From Octopus sinensis (lineage: Eukaryota): 64,000 bases of DNA. The stretch is from assembly GCF_006345805.1 (NCBI RefSeq), contig NC_042999.1:16616001-16680000 (forward strand), in the 5' to 3' direction. The first letter of the stretch is position 1, and every line of letters starts with the position of its first letter. The notes under the pieces are model-generated. The model was not told where the DNA came from. It did not search any database and worked only from the letters and a program-made list of their open reading frames with translations. Shown here one piece after another: positions 51,453 through 64,000 of the stretch. Made by a program: the position numbers and the translations under genes.

Positions 51453-52782
51453 TAATATTAAATGGATACAAACGAAAATCTTATTTAATTATAACCGAAC
51501 GTTGTCTGGGTTCTGTAGTGACAAGAGGGAGAACAGTCGCAACAGTAACGAAAATAGATCCAGAATTAGCAACACCAACACCAATAACAACAACAACAAC
51601 AGCAACAACAACAACAGCAGCAGCAGCAATTGTAGTGGTGTTAATGCTATCATTCCCATTATAGTTATTCTCGTAATATGAGCGCAGGCACTAGAAATAA
51701 CAATCAAAATCGAAATATGTCCGGAAACAATCCGTCTTGTTTATAAAAATTCCTTCCGTTAGATTTGTCGCATCTTCAATTTCGTTTTGTCCCCGCAGTT
51801 CCTGTATACGCTCAATGACAATTCTTTCTTCTCTAACCATTTCCCTGGCCCTTATCTAACCGATACGTGCAGTTTGCCGTCGTCACACCATCAAAATACA
51901 ATGCACACGATATTAACCACCTGTCTTCATGAAAATCTCATTTAATGCTTCGCTATGCAGATACAACAAATCTATTTCGTACGTAACACCGCAAATTAAA
52001 TGATTAATGTATTTAACGTTGCCACAGAATTTTATTTAATTATCCTGAATACACCATGAATGTATTAATGAATCATTGTGTACTTTGGGCTAATCAAAAT
52101 TAATTGCTGTATTACAATTTGAGCTGTAATCACAGTTTGCGATATTGTGAAGTTTTATGCTGCTATGAACTGAAATAGTGGTTAAATATTAGCTCTTGTT
52201 TCGAGTACCTAAATCTAATTCACGCGTAGAAAACCTGGATAAGACTACTTTAAATCTACTTAATATTGTTCTTGTTCACTCAGATTACGTGAATAATACC
52301 AGAGATATCGGCCCTGCGATACGTAACCTATTCAGGAAGAGCAATACAAGGAAGAGCATCATTCTCTGTATTCGTTAAGCTTAAGAAACTGGAATTAATC
52401 ACATGTAATATAGCTCCAATAAATTACTACGATAATTTATCCAGTACACAATATCTCAGAATATATGATTGTTACAATGATCAATTAATTAAAATGTTTG
52501 TACAGCAATTTAATAAATTATTGAACCATTTTACAAATGCGACCCAAGAACAAACAAGAAATCCATCAAATAGCTTTCTCGAATGAATATTTAATAGTAT
52601 TAAATTTCTGCTTATCTAGATTCTCACTTCAAGTTTCTTTACATTAAATATACCTTTCATCTGAATAAGGCTGATACTTATCAGTAGAATACAAGACCGA
52701 TACTGTCGTCTGTATTTGTCATCTTTACAAAATGTCATTATTAACTAAATTTTACCTTTTAGCGCTATGAAACTCAAACTTA

Positions 52783-53148
52783 TCTATATATATAAAGCTT
52801 AAGCTGTCTGTGTATGGCAGGTTTGGTAGCCTTCAAATAACACTATCTCCTCCGAGACCCTGCGGCGCAAGTTGACCAAAATTGAGAGTAAGATAGAAGA
52901 AGCTTGCTCTTCATTCCGTAGAAGATAAAATTCAAATCGGACCATGTTAAGACCAAATATTATTTACATCAAAAAAGTGCTTTTTTCCATGAAAATCCCT
53001 ATTTTTTACTGCTAAGTCGCCATTTTGCGGTGTATTTCAACTAGAAAAATGTTCACTTAAAGCTACATAATGCAAAATTTTTACTTTTCAAAAATTCCAA
53101 TTCTAAAGGGTCGAAACAAACCCGAGCAACGCCGGGCGATACAGCTAA
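52783..53148 (+). mobile_element. Non-autonomous Helitron
   Basis: A|TCTATATATATAAAG 5' end; 3' hairpin CCCGAGCAACGCCGGG about 8 nt before CTAA|T (CTRR); A/T insertion site. Confidence 0.8.
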
Positions 53149-54944
53149 TTTAAAATAAAGCACCAACTACAAATTCTTCCCTACATATACCCTCGCATAT
53201 AATCAAGTAATTTCATAGACAAACACTAACCTAAATATTTCATCCATTTGTCATTCGTACAACCGTGTCAACTTGCTTTTTTTATATAAATAGGGTTAGC
53301 TTATATTCCGTAATGTGGAATTTTATAAAATAGATATTTTAAGAGATAACATTTCATAAACAGAGTTATGAAATTCTATATATTGTCTTTTGAAAGTGAC
53401 GAAAAGAATATTCGGGTTGTAGGTGATGATATATATTCTTTTCCGACACTTGTGTTTAAATTTCTTCGAATATTCGCCATCGCTTTGGATATTCTCGTCA
53501 CCATATCACTCTTTAAATTCTACTCAAGCAATTTTCGCAATTATCTTCCACAAAATTCCAATGAATTATAGATAGAGTATTAATTGATTAAAGGAATCTT
53601 TAATAACCCAGCATTATATCTATTAATCTCTAATGATTCCAGCTTACGTGACAGATATTAGCCATTGAAAAACACACAAACACTGTTACTTTTACATAAA
53701 GATTCTTTACGTGTTTTTCATTGGCTAATACGCGTCAGCCATGTTGTAACTGTTCCAGTTTCTACGCTCAGTATCAGTTCAAATCATTTGCTAGACAGCT
53801 AAACATTTGAAATATCAATTTTTACAAAATCTAGTTTTTCTCAAACAGTCCCGATGATGCAAACTGTTGTATTGTAATCGCATTCAGTTTATATATGTTG
53901 AATGTTTTCGTGTAGGAAAATACTTTTTGAATGTATAATACAATTTATCTGGTTTAACTTGAAAATATAGAATGAAAACCACAATAAAAACCAGAATAAA
54001 AATGAACAAGGGAGTCTGTGTAATCTTTCCGTTCTGCGATATATAGAAACTAAATCTCCCTTACATCACATTCGCCCATATCTTTATGACAAGTCGTAAA
54101 ACCAAAATGAATAGCGTATCTTTATCTGCTTTATTAGAGGACTATCGACAACAAACAACTCGAAGACTTGAAGATACTGTACGGACTTCTGAAATAAAAT
54201 TAATCGAACAAGCTGTGAAGTACAGAGACGTTAACGTCGCTAGGTCAGCGTAATGCTACAAGCTTTTTCTTTTTTGTATAAACTTCATATTTTTCACTGA
54301 TCGTTTAACATAAAGTTTGAACATAGAACTCGTAGCATGGAAATTTATAACATAGATATTTTAAGAGACAACAATTTATATAAAGAGTTATGAAATTCTA
54401 TTTATTGTCCTTTGAAAATGAAGAAAAGAAGGATGACTTGAAAAGTTTTTAAAATCTCAGTTGTTTAAAGACGCCATCTTTAGATTCGAAAGCAGTAAAG
54501 TGTTTTCAAATGTAAGTCATTAGCGTAATATTTCAAATAAGTTTCTGTCTGAGTTAATTAAATTGATATTAACAGGAAAGATTTAATACAGTCTTACAGT
54601 TTCATAGCACAAAGACTGATGCCAGGTTACTGGTTCGTTTTTCTTTGCAAATGTTGTACTGAATAAATATGCTCAGGCGAATAATTATAAAGAGCTTCAC
54701 GTTATGTGGGAAATATATATGATTATTTCATCGAAACAATATTACACCCTATATTGGAAGAGAAACAAATTATACAATTACTTGGATTTTAAGAAGTTAC
54801 ATTAATATCGGTGCCCCAGCATGGCCACAGCTCATGATCTGAAACTGGAAAAATCAAAATATACACATGCATTCATATATATACACGTACAAACTCACAA
54901 ACACACGGAGATATATGTGAATGTGTGTGTGCATATATATGTAT

Positions 54945-55180
<236 letters not shown>

Positions 55181-55204
55181 ATATATATATATATATACAT
55201 ATAC

Positions 55205-55242
<38 letters not shown>

Positions 55243-55301
55243 TATATATATATACATATATATATACATACATATATATATATATATACACACACACATA
55301 T

Positions 55302-55335
<34 letters not shown>

Positions 55336-55462
55336 CATATAGGCATATATACATATATATATATATATACATATAGGCATATATACACACATACATACAT
55401 ATATTCTGCTTAATAACGTGTGTATTGAGGCATATGATTTATAGAACAAAATATTGTCAAAA

Positions 55463-55513
<51 letters not shown>

Positions 55514-55861
55514 ATAGAACACTTATGATCAAAAATCTGTTTTTAATCTATATGAGCAGCTGGATTCTTTCAATTGCGAAGTACTTAGCGCTACAAACAA
55601 ATTGGTCAATGTGTATGCATTCTAATCAACGCAACATGGAGCCTAGAAGTATATCTATTCACTATACAAAATTACATTTCCAACTTAAAGAACAAAATTA
55701 TATTTCCAACTTAAAAACTTATTAAATTGTTTTGTAAAATCAATTCCGCGATTTCAGCTAAAAGCTATTTTAAAGAGCAGCTGGTCTGAAATGTTTTTAT
55801 TGTTCGTCAGTATCTATTAAACTTGACCATTCCACAAACACATACGAAATAATAGCTGTAA

Positions 55862-55893
<32 letters not shown>

Positions 55894-55951
55894 TAGTAGT
55901 AGTAGTAGCAGCAGCAGTAATAGTATTATTATTATTATTATTATTATTATT

Positions 55952-55986
55952 GAGTGAGAGAGCAGTTCATGCCATCAAAGTGACAC
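55952..55986 (-). mobile_element. 35-bp 3' stub of element X inside (TAT)n
   Basis: Exact reverse complement of GTGTCACTTTGATGGCATGAACTGCTCTCTCACTC (32552-32586). Confidence 0.8.
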
Positions 55987-56075
<89 letters not shown>

Positions 56076-56129
56076 TTATTATTATTATTATTATTATTAT
56101 TAGTAGTAGTAGTAGTAGTAGTAGTAAAT

Positions 56130-57378
56130 CTTTAGAAATAGTTCCAAATATATTTGAACCGAATTTTCTATAGCCTTTGTAACCCAATGGCTAGATCCAG
56201 GTACTTTGTTATTTTCTCTGTGACTCTCATGTTCACTTTCTCATCTTTTAAGAATGCAAAGTGAATTTTCAGGCACTTTCTATTCATTTTGTCTATTATG
56301 AAGCTAGAACGCCTGGTAAACAAAGACAAGGAGCAATGTTTTGAAATTTAGTGGGAGTGACCTAATCATTTCCATCGACTCCATTTGTGCTGTGTATGGA
56401 GAGGGTGCCATAGCTGAAAGAACCGCTCGTGATTGGTATGCCAAGTTTAAAAATGGAGATTTTGACCTCAACTGGCCAACCAGTTGCGTTCGATGATGAG
56501 CAATAAAACCAACTTTTGTACGAAAATTCTCGTCAAACGACAAGAGAACTGGCAGAGAAAATGGAATGCTCCTACACTGCTATAGAGAAGCATCTTCACT
56601 CGATGGGAAAGGTTCAGATGTATGGAGCATGGGTTCCGCATGCTTTAAGTGACAACAACAAAAATCAACGAGCCACAATCTCCGCTAGTTTGCTTGCTCG
56701 TCGCGGCTCAACTCATAAACACAAGCAACGGTTTCTTTCACGAATCGTTACTGGCAACGAAAAATGGTGCCTGTACATCAACATGAAGTAGCATAAGGAA
56801 TGGCTTATTCCCGGTAAAGAATTGACACCGCACGTGATACAAGATCTTCATCCGCGTAAAACAATGTTGTGCGTATGGTGGGACTGGAAATAGATTATTC
56901 ATTACGAATTGCTTGAACGGAACCAAACGTTCAACGTGGAACTCTATTTTCAACAGATGGAACGACTCAACAAAAGAAAAGACCTAATCGGCAGCATGGA
57001 GTTCGTCTGCACCACAACGCCCGCCTTCATATTGCCAATATGACCAAGGAAGCCATTCACACGCATGGCTGGGAAGTGCTTCCACACTAGCCGTACTCAC
57101 AGGATTTGGCACCAACGGATTTACACCTCTTTCGATCTCTTTCAAATGCTATGCGCGGATTTTCGTTCAATACGTATGCAGAATTAAGAGCTTAGTTGGA
57201 ACAATTTTCCGAGTCGAAATCGTGTGATTTCTACCAATGAAGTATTGAATATTTTGTTGAATGTTAGGAATAAGTTGTAAACAACAAGGTGAATATATTA
57301 TTGATTAATTAGTTGTTATTTTTATTAAACCTTTAAAAAAAATTTAATTAAAAAAAACCGTGGGAACTTAGTTGCCAA

Positions 57379-57383
<5 letters not shown>
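56130..57383 (+). mobile_element. Decayed near-full-length mariner (second autonomous-type family)
   Basis: GAIAERTARDWYAKFK, WVPHAL, IVTGNEKW, HPRKTMLCVWWD, QDLAPTDLHLFRSL; right TIR GGGAACTTAGTTGCCAATCTAA-TA; multiple stops; left TIR not found. Confidence 0.9.
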
Positions 57384-57451
<68 letters not shown>

Positions 57452-57531
57452 ATGTATGTTAAAAGACACACACACACACACATAAATATATATATATATA
57501 ACCTTTTTAATATATACTTAGAAATAATAAA

Positions 57532-57906
57532 TTTTTAGTTGTGTCTGGGGAGTCGTTCTTCTCTTTTAGTGACTTATAATTTAACACACTCACTGGTAAA
57601 ATTTCCACTTATTTCTTGTTTTTTATTTTCCTAAAATTTTCGTTGCGTCTTGCAACCTTCTCAATAGTCTTGACTCTGTCCGTTATTTAGACTGCGTCCC
57701 TTTCTGCTTGTTTGCGCGCATGTGCACAAACAAACAAAAAGGAACGCAGTGTAAATAACGGACAAAGTCAAAACTATTGAAAAGATTGCAAGACGTAGCG
57801 AAAATTTTAGAAAAATATAAAACGAAATAAGTGGAAATTTTACCGGTGAATGTGTTAAATTATAAGTCACTAAAAGAGAATGACTCTCCCCAGACACAAC
57901 AGAATA
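57532..57906. mobile_element. Fold-back MITE (arms of about 170 bp)
   Basis: GTTGTGTCTGGGGAG..CACTGGTAAAATTTCCAC pairs with GTGGAAATTTTACCGGTG..CTCCCCAGACACAAC. Confidence 0.85.
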
Positions 57907-58704
57907 TGCGTCAACACACGAACTCACATAAAGAATCTTGCAAACCAAATCCGAAAACAAAGTGAATTTTTGGTTTTCAAATATTTTTTGATGTGGAAAG
58001 AATTTTAAATTTTGACGGGTAAGAAGTATTTCGTTATTGTTTTTTGAGAAATGTGTCAGAGTTCTATTCCAGCACACGCGCTCTCCCGTGGTCTCTGTTT
58101 CTCGGTCTGTCTGTATGTCTGCCTCTCAGATACACATACGGTCACACACGATCACTTAGGTATACATACATTTTGGTAATCAATGCACTGATAGTTATGA
58201 CTTTCACGTATTCACATGTAAATTACATTTGGCGTTTAGTCGGGTAATATTCGATGTATGATATCAGTCGTATCACATCACACCAGCTAAGACGGTTCTC
58301 ACAGGTCATTCTGAATCAAGAGAACGAACATGTGTCATATGAGGAATATTACTGATCGAACTACTACTGTGTAAGGGAAATGACCTAATCAAGATCTGAA
58401 ATCATCAAAGATGAAGCTAATTCCTGATGCTGTTAAATCTGTGGAGTTGAATGAATAGGCTTCTGATTTTCCCCTTCTGTAACAAAATGTTGAAAGGAAT
58501 TTACACTGATATTGCGAGCTCTTGTAACAAGTTGAATTTTGTAGTTGAGCAACCCTGCTGTTTCGTAATCCATTCGAGTATTCTGTCTTTATTGATGATG
58601 CTTCATGATATTGGAAGGTTTTTCGGTCTGTCTACGCTGATTCCTAAAAGAATTATGACAACGACGTAGAGTTCCCTGTTCCTTGCCTGAATATACATAC
58701 TGCT

Positions 58705-59090
58705 GTGGAGGCGCAATGGCCCAGTGGTTAGGGCAGCGGACTCGCGGTCATAGGATCGCGGTTTCGATTCCCAGACCGGGCGTTGTGAGTGTTTATTGAG
58801 CGAAAACACCTAAAAGCTCCACGAGGCTCCGGCAGGGATGGTGGTGATCCCTGCTGTACTCTTTCACCACAACTTTCTCTCACTCTTACTTCCTGTTTCT
58901 GTTGTACCTGTATTTCAAAGGGCCGGCCTTGTCACTCTCTGTGTCGCGCTGAATATCCCCGAGAACTACGTTAAGAGTACACGTGTCTGTGGAGTGCTCA
59001 GCCACTTACACGTTAATTTCACGAGCAGGCTGTTCCGTTGATTCGGATCAACCGGAACCCTCGTCGTCGTAACCGACGGAGTGCTTCCAT
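58705..59090 (+). mobile_element. SINE family C, full length
   Basis: A box TGGCCCAGTGG, B box GGTTTCGATTCC, tail GAACCCTCGTCGTCGTAACCGACGGAGTGC. Confidence 0.9.
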
Positions 59091-59094
59091 CCAT

Positions 59095-59720
59095 ACATAT
59101 TGGTAGAAATTGTTTTTGAAAGGGATCCCTATGAGACATGTGGGATTGGTTTTCCATAGCACTGAGGCGTAACATAGATGTTTGATTTATCATTGATTTG
59201 GGGAAATAGTTTCTCCATGGACAGGTAAATGCATTTCAGCAGTTACATATAACCTCTTGTGTTGATAGGTATATTTTGTAACTTACAAGCTGATTGTACG
59301 AATAGAGGCTGTCTGTACTTTTTCAAACGAAGGATGTAATTTGGGAAGGGAAGGGATGTGTCCAGAAGGAACCGGTGTCTTTAATGTTATTGGCGTTGAA
59401 AGCATGTCACGTTTGTATGGTGTTTGGGAATGTCGTACTGGAGTTTGGAAGATCATATTTATGTGAGAGGAGATAACATCCAAGGCGGATTAAACCTCGT
59501 GAACACTTGTTAGCTGGATTTTCACTTGTGTGTATTCACGAACTATTGTGTATCCTAGTTTCTTGAATGCAGTATTTCTTAGCGTATCGTTATTTAGGTT
59601 GCGGGCCTTTAATGATGTTCCTGTTACAAACATTCCAAATTGTCCAAGCTGGAAGTGTTTGGTATTTGTGTGTATGCATGCTCTCTGTAAGCTGGCTACC
59701 ACCACGCTAACGCTAATATT
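59095..59720 (-). pseudogene. Decayed reading frame of unknown origin (possibly TE-derived)
   Basis: ORFs 59490-59705 and 59283-59483 share a frame that continues to about 59095, with about 4 stops in about 205 codons. Confidence 0.35.
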
Positions 59721-60006
59721 TATATAAATATTTCAATGGTTACCTATAAATATGGATTCTAAACTACGCATTGTTACTCGTTTGTAGACAAACATCTCTC
59801 TGTATGGGATGGAGTACAGAAAGACGTACATATACCAGCATAGCACAAGAATAGATCGCGCACGCGTCCACACACATGTGTACACACACACACACACACA
59901 CACACAAAACACACAGGTAAACACATGCACATACACAAATGTATGTATATGTTTGCGCGCATACACGCACGTGTATTTCTCTGGATATCTGGATATTCTA
60001 AACACA

Positions 60007-60046
<40 letters not shown>

Positions 60047-60063
60047 CACACACATACATACAC

Positions 60064-60128
<65 letters not shown>

Positions 60129-60164
60129 TGTGGTCAGTGTTAATTTGACGTTTTAGATATATTT

Positions 60165-60385
60165 TCTACTATAGACATAAGGCCTGAAATTTGGTGGGGA
60201 GGGGCAAGGTCTAGTCATTTACATCGACCCCCAGAGGCTCGACTGGTACTTAATTTATCGACCCCGAAGGGATGAAAGGCAAAGTCTTCGATCCTGGCAG
60301 AATTTGAATTCAGAATGTAAAGACAGACAAAATACCGCTAAACACATTGTCCAGCGTGCTAACGATTTTATCAGCTCACCACTTC
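60165..60385 (-). mobile_element. SINE family B (beta tail)
   Basis: CTGGTACTTAATTTATCGACCCCGAAGGGATGAAAGGCAAAGTC. Confidence 0.8.
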
Positions 60386-61792
60386 GACGTTTTGGAAACA
60401 ATAACAAATGAATGAAGGGCAGATATTAACGATATTGTTTAAAGTTCATTGTTTCATGCAGTGAATGCGTGAAAGCTGCTTGTTGTCGTTATTGTTCAGT
60501 CACAAGTAATTTCTGATTGAACCAGCGTATGATCAAAGGTTCTTTCAACGGCGACAATTCTTTCTTTGAAGTATCCACACTATGGCTACATCATATACAG
60601 AGTCCATCTATTTCTTAAGAAAGTAAAGTATAGTTTAAAATTTGATTGCTTTGCGGGTATTCCTAATAGCTTAACCGGCGTGTTGAGACACTGATTGGTT
60701 CTCTTGAGAAGCTTGGTTAAATATTACGCCATATTGGAAAATGGAATGAAACCAGAACTGGCGACAGATGCTTTCGTAAAAAGAATAGCACACAGACAAA
60801 ATACGTTTAACAGCTTTGAAGGAATTCTACATCAAAGTTACTAATTAAAGAAATGAATATCATTAAAATAAATTTAAAGCAGATAATTAGTCAAATGAGA
60901 GTCAATATTGAAATTTATTTCGATAAAATTGATAATTGTGTGGAAATTTTGATTGGTTTGTGTGAAAATATTCAGCGGAATAGGAGTATTCAATTTAATA
61001 TAATGGATATTTATTCATGTGAAACCATATGGGAAGAGAGAGGATGATTGTACGAAATCGCCAGGGGAAAATCAAGTCAAAAATCCAGTTTACTGACTTT
61101 GGTTTTGCAATGATCGATAAAGTGTGACAAACAGCATAGTAGAGAAAGAAGTTGATGGAGTACATACTGAAATATGGATCTTTATTGAAGCAATAAAAAC
61201 GAATTGGTTATAAAATAAAGTACATTTGCTTTTTATTTGTTCAACAGCATAAATTGATGACAGAGAATCAGCGTTACCGCCGTGTCGTTCATTAAATGCA
61301 TGGCTAGACTATCCCTACTTAATTATTTTGCATTAATTTCGCATTAAGTTTCTCAGAATAGTCACTTCTAATATGTGCAAAATCTTGTCTTCTTTCCATG
61401 AGTTCTCACTTTCGAATGGAGCCATGAAATATGGCGTGTCCCGGATATTTTGCAAACCTGACGGATTTAATCTCTATCTGGCCACAGCTGATTTTCTTTT
61501 TGGGTACTGGGATCGATCTAATCGACTGGCCCCTTCCCCCAAAATTTCAGGCCTTGTCCCTAGAGTAGAAAAGATTTTCTTTTATCATTTTTGTTTTAGA
61601 GACATACAGAAGAAGAAGGATTTACTACAATACTGGAACTGCACTTCATTTATCACGCCGAAAGGCCAGGAAGAAAAGCTAATTTAAGTCAGTAGGGTCT
61701 GAATTCATAATGCAAACAGTCTGAACAATTCTGTAAGATTTTCCATCTAACGTTTTTATCATTCTGTCCATTACCCGCTTAAATATAGTTTA

Positions 61793-61985
61793 GGGCGAAA
61801 TGCTTAGCGGTATTTCGTCTGCCGTTACGTTCTGAGTTCAAATTCCGCCGAGGTCGACTTTGCCTTTCATCCTTTCGGGGTCGATAAATAAAGTACCAGT
61901 TTCACACTGGTCAATGTAATCGATATAATCTCTTTGTCTGTCCTTGTTTGTCCCCTCTATGTTTATCGCCTTGTTGGTAATAAAC
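61793..61985 (+). mobile_element. SINE family B (alpha tail)
   Basis: Consensus-like core. Confidence 0.85.
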
Positions 61986-63020
61986 CAGTAACAAAAAAAG
62001 AATTAAAAAAATTTTTATATTAATTCTTACTTTTTGTTATAACTATAGTTTAACCAGAGGACATCTATGATTTAGGAAACCAGTGATGAAAACCCATCAC
62101 CATATCGTCCTTTTCTATATTATATACTACATTGTCCAATCAGTTTGTCCATGGAAATATCGGTTGGGAATGTTCTATCGTAGACTACTATGATATTTAG
62201 ATGCTTTGATAAGTTTCGGCTAGTATTGGCCCACGCTATGTCTAGGTTGATACACATTTAAATGTGTTTCATATAAATCATGTTTTGAGTGCTACAGCCC
62301 ATTCGAGTTGAGAGCTATTATTGGCTGAGATATATCCGGGGAAATTCTATTTTCACACGATATTTACAGAAAATATATATTTTGCACTCACTTATCATAT
62401 TTCCGATTTATAAAAGCCATCTTGTATGTAACTATAAGTATGTTTTAAGTTCGTATTGTTCGGTAATCCAAATATACTGAAAGTAGAGTAAGATTTCTGT
62501 CCAGCTCCATATAAATGAAATACATTGATATATTCTATACTCTCGTGTTTTTTTTTTTAACTAGTTTCCGTCGTTGCACTGCAACCATACAATGGTGCAA
62601 CTTTTAAAGATTTCAGCCGTTCATATCGATTTCAGTTCTTAATGTATCGATTTATATTTATTGAAGTGACATATTTAATATTCTTATGCATCTCCTCTGC
62701 ATATACCGATAAATGCAAGCATAGACGCGAGAAAATATGCACATGCGCACACGCACGCAACATAAGAACATGTATATCGGTTTTTGTAGTTCCCGCCTAC
62801 CGAACTCTTCTCACAAAGTATTGGTTAATCTGTGGCTAGAGAAGAAGACATCAACTGGAGATGCGGTGTAGTCGGAGCGAACTTAAAACTGCACAGTCAC
62901 AAAGCAAGCTTCTTTACGATCTAGCTGTGCGCATGCCATTTAAACTTATTTACTCTCCGTTTCGCAAATATACGAGTTGCTACATAGAAATTATATTCAC
63001 ATATGCATATATATATATAT

Positions 63021-63308
63021 GTTTTTACGTCCTGTTTTTGTCACATCTTTTTCCTTGTTTTTACCCCTCTGCAAAGGAATTTTATTTAATTCTTTCACAG
63101 GAAGGACTAGTTCGTCGAGACGTGTTCTGTCCTCACCTTCGAAACACGCTGGAGTTGAACTAGGGACAGCTGATGAAGGGGATTCTTCCTTGTGTAGTTG
63201 TCTTGTACTCTGTTTTTTCGTTGTTAAAAAAATGCTCCGATCCATGCTGTTTTTACTTTTTCGTTTCTCGTTGAGTTCTACGTCTATTTGTGGTGTCCTG
63301 TAAACACG
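63021..63308 (+). mobile_element. T-rich, (TA)n-flanked element, possibly a Penelope-type pLTR, containing an order-scrambled HHR-like motif
   Basis: (TA)n on both sides; strong T bias; CTGATGA at 63170 and GAAAC at 63141 with matching helices. Confidence 0.45.
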
Positions 63309-63419
63309 TATATATATATTTATATATGCATGTATATATACATGTAGATGTAGGTACGTACATATATGTTTGTATGTATGCATATATTTTATTTATTACA
63401 CTATATATATATATATTTA

Positions 63420-63785
63420 TATCGCTTACCAACCACATATTTCTGGGTTCAGTCCCACTGCGTGGCACCTTACAATCAAGGCCTTGTGAGTGGATTTGGT
63501 AGTCGGGAAGTGAAAGAAGCTCGTCATATATATGTATATATATGCATGTGTGTGTGTGTATATTTATATATATGTCTGTGTGTGTGTGTATGTATATCTG
63601 TGTGTGTTTGTCCACTAACATCACTTGACAACCGATGCTGGAGTGTTTGCGTCCCCATAACCTAGCGGTTCTGCGAAGAGACCGATAGAAAAATACTAGG
63701 CTTACAAAGAATAAGTTCTGGGATCGATGATCCACTAAAGGCGCTGCTCTAGCATAGCCGCAGTCAATTGACTGAAACAAATAAA
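63420..63785 (+). mobile_element. SINE family A, diverged
   Basis: GGTTCAGTCCCACTGCGTGGCACC head; GGCGCTGCTCTAGCATAGCCGCAGTC tail. Confidence 0.85.
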
Positions 63786-63823
63786 TGTATAAGAGCATAT
63801 ATATATATATATATAAACGTTTG

Positions 63824-63949
<126 letters not shown>

Positions 63950-64000
63950 CATCCATCTATCTACCTTTCTATCTATCTATAGATATAAAATGTAAGATGC

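Noticed and set aside
58705-58785. Functional tRNA gene
   Set aside because: The tRNA-like region continues into a repeated SINE body, and I could not fold a complete cloverleaf
60850-61120. Possible very old mariner remnant (NIMDIYSCETIW..LYEIARGK)
   Set aside because: Resemblance too degenerate and no TIR; not supportable without a profile search

Overview
This is AT-rich, microsatellite-dense eukaryotic DNA. Its tRNA-derived SINE families and (TA)n/(TACA)n/(TATC)n/(AAT)n arrays point to a cephalopod (Octopus-like) intergenic or intronic region; that assignment is inference. I found no supportable host exon, and most ORFs in the track are translations of simple repeats. The window is built from transposon debris: about 30 SINE copies in 3-4 families (my labels A-D), CR1-clade LINE fragments, decayed and internally deleted mariners, a Tigger-type MITE, a non-autonomous Helitron, a Chapaev3-like remnant, several fold-back MITEs, and an R4/Dong restriction-endonuclease retrotransposon cluster nested in (AAT)n arrays. 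The most interesting layer is invisible to the ORF track: Penelope-type terminal fragments carrying hammerhead ribozyme (HHR) motifs in at least six unrelated sequence contexts. Three have plausible intact cores (8051-8138 minus, 13370-13469 minus, 27725-27770 plus) and several sit in inverted fold-backs. A seventh candidate at 63121-63182 has all HHR strands present but in reversed order, implying a pseudoknotted or multimeric topology. All folding and alignments were done by eye; SINE and fragment boundaries are approximate (about +/-10 bp).
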